From an uncultured Acidobacteriota bacterium (lineage in GTDB: Bacteria; Acidobacteriota; Thermoanaerobaculia; UBA5066; Gp7-AA6): a DNA stretch of 64,000 nucleotides. Under the pieces are notes generated by a model. The model was not told the origin of the DNA, made no database searches, and was given only the letters and a program-made list of their open reading frames with translations. This document shows, in pieces, positions 38,214 to 48,054 of this stretch; the stretch's first letter is position 1, and each line of letters opens with the position of its first letter. The stretch lies in contig CAWFHK010000001.1 in NCBI GenBank assembly GCA_963815655.1, forward strand, positions 1,165,813-1,229,812, in the 5' to 3' direction. A program made the translations under genes and the position numbers.

Positions 38214-41033
38214 TTACCTCTGCGGCCGACCGCGTCGGAGAAGGACCCTTCGCCGCCAGGTCAGCACGGAAGTGCAATCCCGCGAATCGCAGACCCGCAG
38301 GCGCAGAGCGGAGCCTCCGCGAACCACCGTCCGGGGGATCGGACTCGGGAAGACCGGGCGTTGGACGGTCAGGTGCCTCGTTGCCGTCGAACCCGCGTAG
38401 TTGGCCGTGATCGTGACCGGGGTGTCGCTCTCGACGAAGACCGAAACGACGAGGAAGGTCGTCGTCACCGACCCCTGTCCGATCCCGACCCAGAGAGGAT
38501 CGACGCGGCCAAAATGCGCCGGGTCCGGTATGGGCCACGCGGCCGAGCTGTCGCTGTAAAGCGCGACCATCGCACCGCCCGGAGGAGCCGGCGCCGTCAG
38601 AGTGACGCTCCCCAGTGAGGTGCTGCCGCCCGAAATGACGGTCGGAGACAGCGTGACCACGGAAACGGATATGCCGGACGGTGTCAGGCCCACCGTACAG
38701 GTCTTCGTCACGGCGACGTAGTGGGCGGAGATGTTCCCGAACACGCCGGCCGAGACGGCCGCGGTGCCGAAGCTGAACGCCGCCGAGACGGCGTTGGCCG
38801 GCACGGTCACGCTCGGAGGAAAGGGAAGGAGGACACTGGGACTGTCGGTGGTCAACGCGACGACGATGTTCGATGGCGCGGGAGACGTCAACGTGACGGT
38901 TCCGTGCCCCGTCGAGCCGCCGATGATGCTCGGCAGGTCGAGGGTAATCCTCGCCAGGTCGGGCGGAGGCAGGGCCCCCTTGAGGACCGTGAGGTCGGCG
39001 TCCCGCCAGTCGGAATCGCCGTCTTCGGCTTCGATCGTCACGACCGAGTCCGAGAGGACGAGGTTCGTCGTCACCGTGAAGGGCCTCGAGACCTCGTTGT
39101 GAGCGAACGTGATGCTGGAAGGCGAGACGTTGGCGACCGCCTCGTCGAAGCTGGTCAGGGTCACCGTGACGCCGCCGGCCGGAGCCGGACCGGTCAGCGT
39201 GACGGTTCCCGACGTGCTCGATCCGGCCACGACGGTCGTCGAGCTCAGACTCACGCTGGAGAGGAGTGCGGAGCCGTCGGCGGACGCCTTCCCGGAGTGA
39301 TCGAACCAGGCGCGGCCATCGTAAAGCGTGAAGGTCATTCCCCAGGCCACGTGCCAGTCCATGCCGATCGCGATCGGGTCGACTTCCAGCCGGGACCAGA
39401 CGCCCGCGGGGGGAATTGGACCGACTTTCACGGCGGGACGCCCGACCAGGTCTCCAGCCCCGTCGGTCCTCCAGAAGGCGCGGTGTTCCGACCCGTCCCA
39501 GATCCTCCAGGTGAGCATGATCTCGCGAGGGAGATCGCAGGGGTCGAGCAGGACGTAGGTGACGAGCCTGTCGGTCTCGGTGATGTAGATCCCGCCGGTG
39601 TAGTAGTAAGGCCCGTGAGGATCGATGTCGAATCCGTGTTCGTGGACGCCCGCCGCCGAAGGCTCGATGTGCGACTGCGAGCCGCTGGCCCATTGCGCTG
39701 AGCTCCAGGTCCACACGGGACCGGTGGGCGTGCCTCCCAACGGGATCCCGTCTTCGACCCAGACCAGGTCCGGCGGGATCGAAGGCGGAGCCGGAACGCG
39801 GGTCACGATGCACGAGGGCGGGGTCCCATTGGGAGTCGGCGTCCTCGTCGGTGTCGGGGTGGGCGTCCCGGACCCGGGCGTGCCCGTCGGGGTTCTCGTC
39901 GGAGTGGGAGTGCTCGTCCTCGTCGGCGTGGGCGTGCCGGGAGCGCCCGTGGGGGTCCTGGTGGCCGTTGCCGCCGGCGTCGGCGTCCTCGTGCTGGTCA
40001 CGGTTCGCGTACTGGTGAGCGTCGTCGTCGGCGTGCGCGTCGCGGTCGGTCCGGGCGGCGTCTTCGTCGGCGTCGGCGTCCTGGTCGGGGTGATGGTCGG
40101 CGTCGGCGTCCTCGTCCTGGTGATCGTCGGCGTGCGCGTGGGCGTTCTCGGCGGGGTGATCGTCGGTGTGTTCGTCGGCGGCGTGCCCCCGGCGACCTTG
40201 TACGTGGCGATGGCCGCCGCCCACTGGTTGGCGCTCGACAGGGTCCCCTCTGCGTGGTACGAGCCGGTCGAGGTGACGGCGTTGTACTGCGAGACCAGGC
40301 CCTTGCCCGTCGTGATGACAGGGTTGGTGAGGGCGTAGCCGGGACCGGGCGCGCCGAGCGCCGCCGAGTTCGACCCGCTGAACCAGATCGCCCCGAAGAG
40401 CAGCTCGTCGGCCTGGGAGGTCGTCGGGGTCTTCCCCGAATTCGGCGCAGCCGTGTTTCCGGTGGCCGTCGCCTTCCGGTCGAGAGGGGCCGCTGTCAAC
40501 CCGGAGAACTCGTTGGCGCTCGCGGCCGCCCCGCTGGAGCTGGACGGGAAGGCGACAGTGATGGTGTCGGTATTGGCCAGGGATTTGACGTTGTGCGCCG
40601 AGCAGATGACGACGCGACCACCGTTGTCATTGCTCTGGTCCGCATCGACGCCGTAGGCGTTGCCCGCGGTATCGGCGCAACTCACCGCCCCGGCCGCGGG
40701 CGAGGCCACGAAGGCCACGAGAATGCTGTCGCCGGCCGCGACGCCGCCGGTTGCGGGGATTGCGAGGTTCGAGATCGCTCCGGCGCCGTGGCTCGCCATG
40801 CCGATGTTCTTGACGAAGGCCGCGCCGATGACCGAGACGATCGAGGGATCCCGGAACCTGACTCTCGGGTTGATCGAGGGGCGAAGAGAACCGACAGGCC
40901 CGCCGCTGAACGCCATCGAGAAGGCGGCGGTCAGACCCACGCCGAGGGCAAAGACCCCGATCAGGAAGTGTTTCGCACCGGGACGAGCGCTTGCGCGCCC
41001 TGCGCCCGCCGCGTGCCGCGAGTTCTTTTGCAT
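38214..41033 (-). CDS. Large secreted protein with a long Pro-Thr-rich linker and repeated Ig-like beta segments.
   Basis: Signal/[22 protein letters not shown]. About 150-aa linker [25 protein letters not shown].... C-terminal repeats ...[13 protein letters not shown]... / ...[13 protein letters not shown].... Confidence 0.7.
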   Translation of the reverse strand: MQKNSRHAAGAGRASARPGAKHFLIGVFALGVGLTAAFSMAFSGGPVGSLRPSINPRVRFRDPSIVSVIGAAFVKNIGMASHGAGAISNLAIPATGGVAAGDSILVAFVASPAAGAVSCADTAGNAYGVDADQSNDNGGRVVICSAHNVKSLANTDTITVAFPSSSSGAAASANEFSGLTAAPLDRKATATGNTAAPNSGKTPTTSQADELLFGAIWFSGSNSAALGAPGPGYALTNPVITTGKGLVSQYNAVTSTGSYHAEGTLSSANQWAAAIATYKVAGGTPPTNTPTITPPRTPTRTPTITRTRTPTPTITPTRTPTPTKTPPGPTATRTPTTTLTSTRTVTSTRTPTPAATATRTPTGAPGTPTPTRTSTPTPTRTPTGTPGSGTPTPTPTRTPTPNGTPPSCIVTRVPAPPSIPPDLVWVEDGIPLGGTPTGPVWTWSSAQWASGSQSHIEPSAAGVHEHGFDIDPHGPYYYTGGIYITETDRLVTYVLLDPCDLPREIMLTWRIWDGSEHRAFWRTDGAGDLVGRPAVKVGPIPPAGVWSRLEVDPIAIGMDWHVAWGMTFTLYDGRAWFDHSGKASADGSALLSSVSLSSTTVVAGSSTSGTVTLTGPAPAGGVTVTLTSFDEAVANVSPSSITFAHNEVSRPFTVTTNLVLSDSVVTIEAEDGDSDWRDADLTVLKGALPPPDLARITLDLPSIIGGSTGHGTVTLTSPAPSNIVVALTTDSPSVLLPFPPSVTVPANAVSAAFSFGTAAVSAGVFGNISAHYVAVTKTCTVGLTPSGISVSVVTLSPTVISGGSTSLGSVTLTAPAPPGGAMVALYSDSSAAWPIPDPAHFGRVDPLWVGIGQGSVTTTFLVVSVFVESDTPVTITANYAGSTATRHLTVQRPVFPSPIPRTVVRGGSALRLRVCDSRDCTSVLTWRRRVLLRRGRPQR

Positions 41034-42105
41034 ATGTTTGTTAAGGGCTCCGAGAGGCAAATGCCATCTTCCGTCTGTCGCGGCCCTCGTCTCCCGGTCA
41101 AGATCGGATGCGAGTCGGACCTGTGTCTCTGGCTTTCGCGCGGTTTCGTGTCTTCTTTCATGGAACCATCGCCGGCGCGCTTTGTCAATTAGACGTTCGT
41201 CTCAAATTGGTCCCGCCCGTACTCCTCCAGGGCCACGTCGATGGCTATCCGTTGGGGGAAAAGGGGATATGACCACTCATTTCGACGCTGACGGGTAACG
41301 GGAGAAATTTCTCGACTCGGATTCTCCCACGACTCTTCCGCGGCCGAGAGGCTCGACCGCCCCGTCCCTGCCGGGGACTTCCAGAGCCCGCGTGGGACGG
41401 ACGGCGAGGCCCGTGGAGGGGGCGAATTCAAGCGGCGACCAACGCCTGAGCAGCGCCCACGGGATGTCCGGAAACAATACAGGAAGAGGGCGTCGAGCTC
41501 GCCTTCCCAGCCTGCCGGCAACCGAGGCGGCCAGCCGGTCCAGGGGAGCCCGCGGAGGCGAGCGCGACGGGGTGGACGAGATGGGTCAAGAACTCCAGCG
41601 CCGAACTCCCCGGCTCTGTCACGAAGGCGCCCGACGGGAGCGAGCCGCCGACGGCCCCGGACGTGATCGAAAACATGTCTCGACATCTCGACCGACATTG
41701 GGAGGGGACGAAGGCGGCGACGGCGATTCCCGATCGATACGCCGATCGTGACTGTCTCAGGCATGCTGTTCCCCGGCCTCGCCGGTCCGAAAAACTGAAG
41801 ACTTGGCACCCGTTGGCTTCGCATGCGGGGGCTCGGCGACAGGAACCGGCGCGGGTCTCCGTGAAGAGGGGAGACCGACGCCCAATCCGGCCCTGAGGCT
41901 GCCGGGGACGACGGGGCAGGAACGGAGACGGGCGGACCTGATATACTGTCTTTGTCCTCGTTCGCTCGCCTTTTGTCGGACCCGGTCTGCCAAAATCCGA
42001 ACGGTCCAGAAAACGGGGTGGCGTGACCGTTCCGCCGGCGGCCGTTCACGTGTTCTTGTCAGGCCGGAGGATGTGCCGGCCGCGCCGGCGCGAAGGGCGG
42101 GTCCG

Positions 42106-42411
42106 ATGAAACTCTACGTGGGCAACCTCTCCTACGACACCAACGAAGCCGAGCTGCGCGAGCTCTTTACCCCGTTCGGGGAGCCCGACTCGGCCAAGGT
42201 CATCACCGACCGCGACACGGGCCGATCTAAGGGGTTCGGGTTCGTGGAGTTCTCCGACAATGCCCAGGCCACCGCGGCGATGAGCGCCTTGAACGGCAAG
42301 GAAATCAATGGGCGCGCCCTGACCGTCAACGAGGCGCGTCCGCGAAATGAGTCTTCCGGCAACCGCGGCGGCGGGGGCGGCGGATTCCGGGGCGGCCGTG
42401 GCAGTTACTGA
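42106..42411 (+). CDS. RRM-type glycine-rich RNA-binding protein.
   Basis: MKLYVGNLSYDTNEAELRELF ... KGFGFVEF (RNP2/RNP1), then a C-terminal GGGGGGFRGGRG tail. Confidence 0.85.
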   Translation: MKLYVGNLSYDTNEAELRELFTPFGEPDSAKVITDRDTGRSKGFGFVEFSDNAQATAAMSALNGKEINGRALTVNEARPRNESSGNRGGGGGGFRGGRGSY

Positions 42412-42439
42412 GCTTCCCCGCCCGCGCCGAGGATCTTCC

Positions 42440-42652
42440 ATGAACGCCAAGAAAGGAGCCCGCGTGAACTCCAAGAACGTCGCCGCGACGAGCGTCGCTC
42501 CCCCCTCGGAGACCGTTTACAGCGCCCGCCTGACTCTCAAGGAATGGCTGACGCACCTGGAGAACGCGGGCCTGCTCAAGCCGGGCGCCACGCTCCGGAT
42601 CCTGACCAACAGGAAGTTGAAGAGGATTTCCCTGCCCGGCCCCGCGACCTAG
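42440..42652 (+). CDS. Small hypothetical protein (70 aa).
   Basis: MNAKKGARVNSKNVAATSV...RLTLKEWLTHLENAGLLKPGATLRILTNRKLKRISLPGPAT. No family recognised. Confidence 0.35.
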   Translation: MNAKKGARVNSKNVAATSVAPPSETVYSARLTLKEWLTHLENAGLLKPGATLRILTNRKLKRISLPGPAT

Positions 42653-43041
42653 CGGGACGCCTCGGGAGGGCCCGGGCCCGCGGCAGTTTCCGGCCGATAC
42701 GGGCTGGAAGCGGTCACGAGCTTCAGCGCCGCGCGGCAGATGGCGAGGGGACGCGTCGGGGCGCTCGACGAGACGAGCTTCGCGTAGCGGGCGGCCGTGG
42801 AATCATCCGCGAGGACCCCGACAGCGGGGCTGCGCCAGTGAAAGGTCCACGCATCGCCGTCTCTCAGGCTCATCCACCGCAGCGGCGGACGGTTCAGGCG
42901 GGCGATGACGAGCTCCGCGGCGCTCTCGTCTGTCGAATAAGCGGGCACGACGGAGATGGGTTTTCGCCCGAAGACGCGCAATTCCACGAGGCGATCCAGG
43001 TAGGGACCCGCCTCCGGTTCCGACTCGGCTCCCGGCATCAT
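42649..43041 (-). CDS. Hypothetical protein (130 aa).
   Basis: ATG ATG start at 43041. The ORF extension upstream is the translated hexamer repeat and was excluded. Confidence 0.4.
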   Translation of the reverse strand: MMPGAESEPEAGPYLDRLVELRVFGRKPISVVPAYSTDESAAELVIARLNRPPLRWMSLRDGDAWTFHWRSPAVGVLADDSTAARYAKLVSSSAPTRPLAICRAALKLVTASSPYRPETAAGPGPPEASR

Positions 43042-43088
43042 TCTGTTGTTCCCCTTCGGGAGCGCGCCATCATAGCACCCACTCCTCC

Positions 43089-43120
43089 CTGAAACCTGAA
43101 ACTTGAAACTTGAAACCTGA
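43089..43120. repeat. TGAAAC hexamer tandem repeat, same family as 26541-26613.
   Basis: tgaaacctgaaacttgaaacttgaaacctga, immediately followed by the GC hairpin cccgcccgcgtgcccgagctcacgcgggcgg that overlaps the stop of the 43140-43418 ORF. Confidence 0.65.
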
Positions 43121-43139
43121 CCCGCCCGCGTGCCCGAGC

Positions 43140-43418
43140 TCACGCGGGCGGCAGGCCGGCCTCGAGATCGGCCTTGGGAAGGGCGATCGCGTTCTCCTTC
43201 TTCCCCTGATCCACGCAGACGTAGCAGGACTTGAACACATCGTCGTAACCCATCTTCATCTCGCGGTTCGTGATGAAGATCTGGCGTGGCGGATAGGGGG
43301 CGTCCAGCCGGCGGAGCGTCGCGAGGATCCCGTTTGCGTTGCGCAGCCGCTCGCCGAGCGCGAAGCGGTGCGGCGGCTCGTTCGTGCACGCGTAGCTCGC
43401 TCCGATCTCGGTCGCCAT
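43140..43418 (-). CDS. Small hypothetical protein (92 aa) at the distal end of the fab-like operon.
   Basis: MATEIGASYACTNEPPHRFALGERLRNANG.... No family recognised. Co-oriented, 20 nt downstream of the hotdog gene. Confidence 0.4.
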   Translation of the reverse strand: MATEIGASYACTNEPPHRFALGERLRNANGILATLRRLDAPYPPRQIFITNREMKMGYDDVFKSCYVCVDQGKKENAIALPKADLEAGLPPA

Positions 43419-43438
43419 GGGGCGCCACGATCCTTTCG

Positions 43439-43849
43439 CTACGCGGGGGCGGCGCCCTGCCGCACGAGGACGCTCCCCCGCGCGAGGGATTCCGCCCCGC
43501 AGAAGACCTCGCCGTCGAATTTCACGACCGCGCCGAAGCGGGCCGCCAGGCGCACCCGCACCTCGAGCGTCTCCCCGGCGCGCGGCGCCCGGGCGACCTC
43601 GAAGCCGTCGATTCCCGCGAGAAATCCGGTTCGGCCGATCTCCGGATCGCCCCCCTCGAGCAGGAGCGCCGACTGCGCGATCGCCTCCGCCAGCAGGAGC
43701 GGGGACTGCCACTCTTCCCCCGCCGCCGCCCGTCCGTTGGCCGACACGGCGACGCGCGCCGTGCCGCGTGAGAAGTTCTCGTTGCGCGGCTCGAGGACCG
43801 TCTCGACAAACCGGAACGGGTAGGCGTGCGGAAGCTCGGGCGGCCTCAA
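43439..43849 (-). CDS. FabZ/FabA-like hotdog-fold 3-hydroxyacyl-ACP dehydratase.
   Basis: LPHAYPFRFVETVLE resembles the FabZ N-terminal LPHRYPFLLVDRV. 136 aa. Its start overlaps the ACP stop. Confidence 0.65.
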   Translation of the reverse strand: MRPPELPHAYPFRFVETVLEPRNENFSRGTARVAVSANGRAAAGEEWQSPLLLAEAIAQSALLLEGGDPEIGRTGFLAGIDGFEVARAPRAGETLEVRVRLAARFGAVVKFDGEVFCGAESLARGSVLVRQGAAPA

Positions 43850-44106
43850 GCGCTCTTCTTCTGCTCGATGAAGTCGCAGAGGGCGTCCACGGAGGCGAAG
43901 GCCTTGACTCCGACTTCCTCGTCTTCGACCTTGATGCCGAACTCCTGTTCGAGGCCGAGCACGAGCTCCAGCGCGTCGATCGAATCGAGGCCGAGCCCCT
44001 CGCCGAAGAGAGGGACGTCGTTCTGGATCGTGGCCGGGTCGATGTCGAGCTTCAGGCGGCGCACGATCAGGTCCTTCACGCGCGGCGCCAGATCTTCGCG
44101 ACTCAT
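43846..44106 (-). CDS. Acyl carrier protein (dedicated).
   Basis: 86 aa with the phosphopantetheine site GLGLDSIDALELV. Confidence 0.85.
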   Translation of the reverse strand: MSREDLAPRVKDLIVRRLKLDIDPATIQNDVPLFGEGLGLDSIDALELVLGLEQEFGIKVEDEEVGVKAFASVDALCDFIEQKKSA

Positions 44107-44130
44107 GGAGTCTCCTTCATTCCGATTATA

Positions 44131-44213
44131 AGGTGGTAGGTGGAAGGTGGTAGGTGGTAGGGATTAGGTCGTGCTTCCCCTACCACCTGCGACCTAACAC
44201 CTACCACCTACCA
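44131..44213. repeat. GGTGGTA/TACCACC heptamer-repeat inverted pair (long hairpin) between the ACP and fabG genes.
   Basis: aggtggtaggtggaaggtggtaggtggtagggattaggtcgtgcttcccctaccacctgcgacctaacacctaccacctaccac. Confidence 0.7.
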
Positions 44214-44218
44214 CATCT

Positions 44219-44947
44219 TCACGCCATCCCCCCGTCCACCCTCCAGACCTGCCCGGTGACATAGGACGCCTTCTCGGAGGCCAGGAACGCGACGACGGCG
44301 GCGACTTCCTCGGGCCTGCCGAAGCGGGCCAGCGGAATGCGGCGCAGGAACTCCCGGCGCGGCTCCTCCTTCAGATGCGCGATGATCTCCGTGTCCACGA
44401 GGCCGGGCGCGACGGCGTTGACGGTGATGCCGTGCGTCGCCATCTCGAGAGCGAGCGCCTTGGTGAAGGCGATCAGGCCCCCCTTCGCGGCGGAGTAGTT
44501 CGTCTGGCCGACGTGCCCCGAGATGCCGCTGACCGAGACGATGTTGACGATCCTCCCCCACTTCTTGTGCAGCATCCCGCGCACGACCGACTTGGTCATC
44601 CGGAAGGCCCCCTTCAGGTCGATGTCCATGACAGCGTCCCAGTCCTCCTCCCTCAGGAACGGGAAGAGGGCGTCCTTGATGATGCCGGCGTTGTTGATCA
44701 GGATGTCCGCGCCGCCGAAGTCCTTCGCGACGCGTTCCGCCAGGGCCTTGACGGCCGCCGGGTCCCGGACATCGGCGCGGACCGCGTGCGCGTCGCCGCC
44801 GCCGCCGCGGATCTCCCCGGCCGCCGCCTCCGCGCGCGCGAGGTCCTTCTGGCACGTGAGAACGATCCGGTTTCCCGCGGCGGCGAGCTCCCGCGAAATC
44901 GCCAGGCCGATTCCCCGCGAGCCGCCGGTGACGACCGCCGTTCTCAC
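44219..44947 (-). CDS. fabG: 3-oxoacyl-ACP reductase.
   Basis: TAVVTGGSRGIGLAI (TGxxxGxG), NNAG, and a Ser/YxxxK catalytic pattern (YSAAK). GTG start chosen so the upstream repeat is not translated. Confidence 0.8.
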   Translation of the reverse strand: MRTAVVTGGSRGIGLAISRELAAAGNRIVLTCQKDLARAEAAAGEIRGGGGDAHAVRADVRDPAAVKALAERVAKDFGGADILINNAGIIKDALFPFLREEDWDAVMDIDLKGAFRMTKSVVRGMLHKKWGRIVNIVSVSGISGHVGQTNYSAAKGGLIAFTKALALEMATHGITVNAVAPGLVDTEIIAHLKEEPRREFLRRIPLARFGRPEEVAAVVAFLASEKASYVTGQVWRVDGGMA

Positions 44948-44954
44948 GGCGCGA

Positions 44955-45021
44955 GTCCAAAGTCCAAAGCCCAAAGTCCAAGGTCAACGCCCCCCTGGAC
45001 CTTGGACCTTGGACCTTGGAC
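44955..45021. repeat. CCAAAGT/CCTTGGA heptamer-repeat inverted pair between fabG and fabD.
   Basis: gtccaaagtccaaagcccaaagtccaaggtcaacgcccccctggaccttggaccttggaccttggac. Confidence 0.7.
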
Positions 45022-45032
45022 GGCTTTCGACA

Positions 45033-45980
45033 TCATGAGTCTCGGGGCAATATACGCGACAGATCCCCGATGGCCTCGAGGGTCCCGGCGGGGCGGCACG
45101 TCACGCTCCGGTCGATCCACCTCGCGAACTTCGACAACATCTGCCCCGGGCCGGCCTCGAGGAACACGCGGTGCCCGTCCCGGACCATCGCGCCGACGGT
45201 CGCGTTCCACAGGGTCGGATGGCAGAACTCTGTGCCGAGGAGCCGGGCGACCCCCGCCGCCGTCGATTCCCTGTTCCCGTCCGGTCCGTAGTAGGGGACG
45301 ACCGGATCCCGGATCGAGCGGCAGGCGACGACGACCGGCGCGACGGCCGCCGCGACCGGCTCCATCAGCTCGCTGTGGATCGGCCAGCTCATCGTCAGCG
45401 CGAGGACGCTCAAGGCTCGCGGCGCGAGGGTCTCCAGCGCGGCCGCCACGGCCGGCTCCGTTCCGGTCAGGACGAACTGGGTGCTCGAGTTGACGTTGCC
45501 GATCCAGACCGGCAGACCCCAGCCGCGCAGCTCCTGGCAGACGGCGTCCACGGCTTCTCTCCGCGCGCCCACGACGGCGCCCATCGCGCCCCGGATTCCG
45601 AGCCGCTCGGTTTCCCGCCAGACGGCGATCAGGACGTCCAGCCCCTCCGAGTAGGAGATCGCTCCGGCCGCGGAGAGGGCCGCGTAATTGCCGAGACTGT
45701 AGCCCGCGGTCGCCGCCGGCGTGATTCCCTCTCGGGCGAGCGCCCGGGCGGCGAGCGTCGAAACGAGGTAGACGCCCGCCTGCGCGGCGAGGTTCTCGCC
45801 CAGGGTCCGCTCCGGCCCGGAGAGGAGGATCTTCTCGAGATCGAGGCCGCACTTCTCCGACGTCAGGGCGAAGAGCTCGCGGGCCTCCCGGTCCGAGTCG
45901 TGGAAGTCCCGGCCCATCCCCACGAATTCCGCGAGCTGACCCGGGAAGAGGAAGGCGGGAGATCGGCTCGGCTCGCTCAT
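45033..45980 (-). CDS. fabD: Malonyl-CoA:ACP transacylase.
   Basis: MSEPSRSPAFLFPGQ... GYSLGNYAALSAAG (GHSLG-like active site). 316 aa. Confidence 0.8.
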   Translation of the reverse strand: MSEPSRSPAFLFPGQLAEFVGMGRDFHDSDREARELFALTSEKCGLDLEKILLSGPERTLGENLAAQAGVYLVSTLAARALAREGITPAATAGYSLGNYAALSAAGAISYSEGLDVLIAVWRETERLGIRGAMGAVVGARREAVDAVCQELRGWGLPVWIGNVNSSTQFVLTGTEPAVAAALETLAPRALSVLALTMSWPIHSELMEPVAAAVAPVVVACRSIRDPVVPYYGPDGNRESTAAGVARLLGTEFCHPTLWNATVGAMVRDGHRVFLEAGPGQMLSKFARWIDRSVTCRPAGTLEAIGDLSRILPRDS

Positions 45981-46003
45981 CTCGGGCTTCGGAGAACGGA
46001 CGC

Positions 46004-46873
46004 TCAAGCGTCGAGCCGCGGCAGCACGTCCGCGAGCGCGACGCAGCGGTCCGCCGTGAGCCAGCGCTCGAAGCGCTCCGGCAGCCCGCGCAGGTTGTAG
46101 AAGTGGACGAGCCGCACGAGCGGATCCAGCGCCTCCATCGCCGGGTGTTCCGCGTCGAACTCCCAGGGATGGAACGTGAAGACGGCGGGGAGCCCGGCGT
46201 CGCGGAACCTGTCCTCTTCGCGCCGAAGCCTCGCGGCGGAAAACATGCGGAAGGGCCATCCTCCTCCCATCGGGATCGTGCGGCCAAAACCGCGCCCCGT
46301 CAGCGGCGGCACCTCGACGAGCGATCCGCCGCCGATCTCGATCCGGTGCGCTCCCGGCGGGTTCTCCGCCCGCCCGAGCGGGGGGACCGCCGTCATGGAC
46401 GCGTCGCAGTGGAACCCTTCCTCGACGAGCACTCCCAGAGCGTCCTGGCCGGCATGGCGAATGGACCATTCCGCGGCCCGGTACGAGAGGGCCCGCTTTC
46501 CCGAAGCTCCCTCGATCCGGTCCCGCGCCCGCAGCAGGTCTCGCCGGAACTCCGCGCGGCTCATCTCGTCGGCCCGCCGGTGGAGATCGCCGTGCACGCC
46601 GATCTCATGCCCGCGCCGCGCCGCCTCCCGCGCGAGATCCGGGTACCGCCCGGCGATCCACCCCAGGAAGAAGAGAGTCGCCCGGTGCCCGCCCCGCTCC
46701 AGCCGGTCGAGCACCGCGAGGAGAGTCCTCTCGATCCGCGGCGGGAATCCGCTCCAGCGCCTCGGGTCGGAGTAGTAATCGTCTCCGCAGACGTGGAACC
46801 AATCCTCCACGTCGATGGTGAGGACCCGCGGCGCCCGGCCGAGAACTCGGAGTGGCGTGATCTTCGGCAACAT
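46004..46873 (-). CDS. Polysaccharide deacetylase (CE4) of the EPS-locus / DUF3473-containing subtype.
   Basis: TIDVEDWFH motif, with the His-His metal site (HGDLHRRADE region). Confidence 0.7.
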   Translation of the reverse strand: MLPKITPLRVLGRAPRVLTIDVEDWFHVCGDDYYSDPRRWSGFPPRIERTLLAVLDRLERGGHRATLFFLGWIAGRYPDLAREAARRGHEIGVHGDLHRRADEMSRAEFRRDLLRARDRIEGASGKRALSYRAAEWSIRHAGQDALGVLVEEGFHCDASMTAVPPLGRAENPPGAHRIEIGGGSLVEVPPLTGRGFGRTIPMGGGWPFRMFSAARLRREEDRFRDAGLPAVFTFHPWEFDAEHPAMEALDPLVRLVHFYNLRGLPERFERWLTADRCVALADVLPRLDA

Positions 46874-46927
46874 GAAGAGCGCATTGTAGCGAGGGAGATC
46901 AGTCGCTCCTCTGGAGTCAAGACCATT

Positions 46928-47620
46928 TCAGTCGCACTCGAACACCTTGTAGTACACCGCCCCCCACGAAATGATCCAGGTGTCCACGAACGGCCGGTAA
47001 TGCGAGGGCCCCCCGTAGATCGCGCTCACCGGGACGTGGCGGAACCGCGGCACGTGGCGCGCGGCCTTGAGCAGGATCTCGGTCTCGATCATGTAGCCGC
47101 GCGAGTTGAGATCGAGCCGGCGCAGCAGATCGGCCGAGATCACGCGGTAGCCGGACTGGCCGTCCTCGACGTCGTGGCCCGTCATCCGGGAAAGGATGCG
47201 GCTCCCGATCTCGTTGGTCCGGTAGCGCACCGCGGGAGTCTCTTCGGGCCGCGCCATTCGGGATCCGATGACGAAGTCGTCTCCGTCTCTGGCGGCCTCC
47301 AGGAGCGCGGCCAGGTCTCCCGGGTCGTGCTGCCCGTCGCTGTCCACGAAGGCCACGTGCGTGGCGTCGGTCGAGAGCAGGCGCGCGAGGCCGGCGCGGA
47401 TCGCGCTCCCTTTCCCGCCGTTCTCGGGAAGGCGCAGGACTTCTCCGCCCACCTCCACCGCGCGCTCTCCGGTCGCGTCCGTCGAGCCATCGTCGACGAC
47501 CAGGACCCGCGGCACGTGACACAGCAGGCCTCCAACGACCGGCCCGACCGTTTCCGCGGCCTGGTACGCGGGCACCAGCGCCACCGGCCGGAACGGAACC
47601 GCCGCAGTCACTCGCGCCAT
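46928..47620 (-). CDS. Family 2 glycosyltransferase (Dpm1-like, soluble catalytic domain).
   Basis: LVPAYQAAETV...VLVVDDGSTDAT...VFVDSDGQHDP (DxD) ...GSR. Confidence 0.75.
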   Translation of the reverse strand: MARVTAAVPFRPVALVPAYQAAETVGPVVGGLLCHVPRVLVVDDGSTDATGERAVEVGGEVLRLPENGGKGSAIRAGLARLLSTDATHVAFVDSDGQHDPGDLAALLEAARDGDDFVIGSRMARPEETPAVRYRTNEIGSRILSRMTGHDVEDGQSGYRVISADLLRRLDLNSRGYMIETEILLKAARHVPRFRHVPVSAIYGGPSHYRPFVDTWIISWGAVYYKVFECD

Positions 47621-47700
47621 GTCTCTGCGATCCTAACCGTCTCCCTGATTTGTCTTCACGTTGACTGCCCTCGATCCTTGTGAAAAAGTCCACAGGAGCC

Positions 47701-48054
47701 ATGGCAGAGAGCTTCCTGCCCGTTCTCCTCCTCATGGTCGTTGCCGCCGGGATCGCCGGCGTGATTCTGCTTCTCTCCTACCTGCTCGGCCCGAGGCTTT
47801 CGACGCGCCGCAAGCTCGACACCTACGAGAGCGGCGTTCCCCTGATCGACGCCTCCCACAAGCGCCTCTCCATCCGCTACTTCGTCGTGGCCATGGTCTT
47901 CATCCTGTTCGACGTCGAGATCGCGTTCCTCTACCCGTGGGCTGTCGTCTTTCGCACGGCGGCCGCGGCGCTCTTCGTCGAGATGCTCGTCTTCCTCGCG
48001 GTGCTCGCCGTCGGGTACGCGTACCTCTGGAGGAAGGGAGCGTTCGACTGGTGA
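47701..48054 (+). CDS. nuoA: NADH-quinone oxidoreductase subunit A.
   Basis: 118 aa, 3 TM. ...YESGVPLIDASHKRLSIRYFVVAMVFILFDVEIAFLYPWA. Confidence 0.85.
   Translation: MAESFLPVLLLMVVAAGIAGVILLLSYLLGPRLSTRRKLDTYESGVPLIDASHKRLSIRYFVVAMVFILFDVEIAFLYPWAVVFRTAAAALFVEMLVFLAVLAVGYAYLWRKGAFDW

Noticed and set aside
38152-40224. 690-aa His/Asp/Arg-rich minus-strand ORF.
   Set aside because: Alternative reading frame of the PT-linker protein. The repeat DNA keeps wrong frames open.
41189-42049. 286-aa minus-strand ORF in the long spacer.
   Set aside because: Arg/Pro-rich. Spans an AT-rich promoter-like stretch. No motifs. Retained only as a question in the findings.
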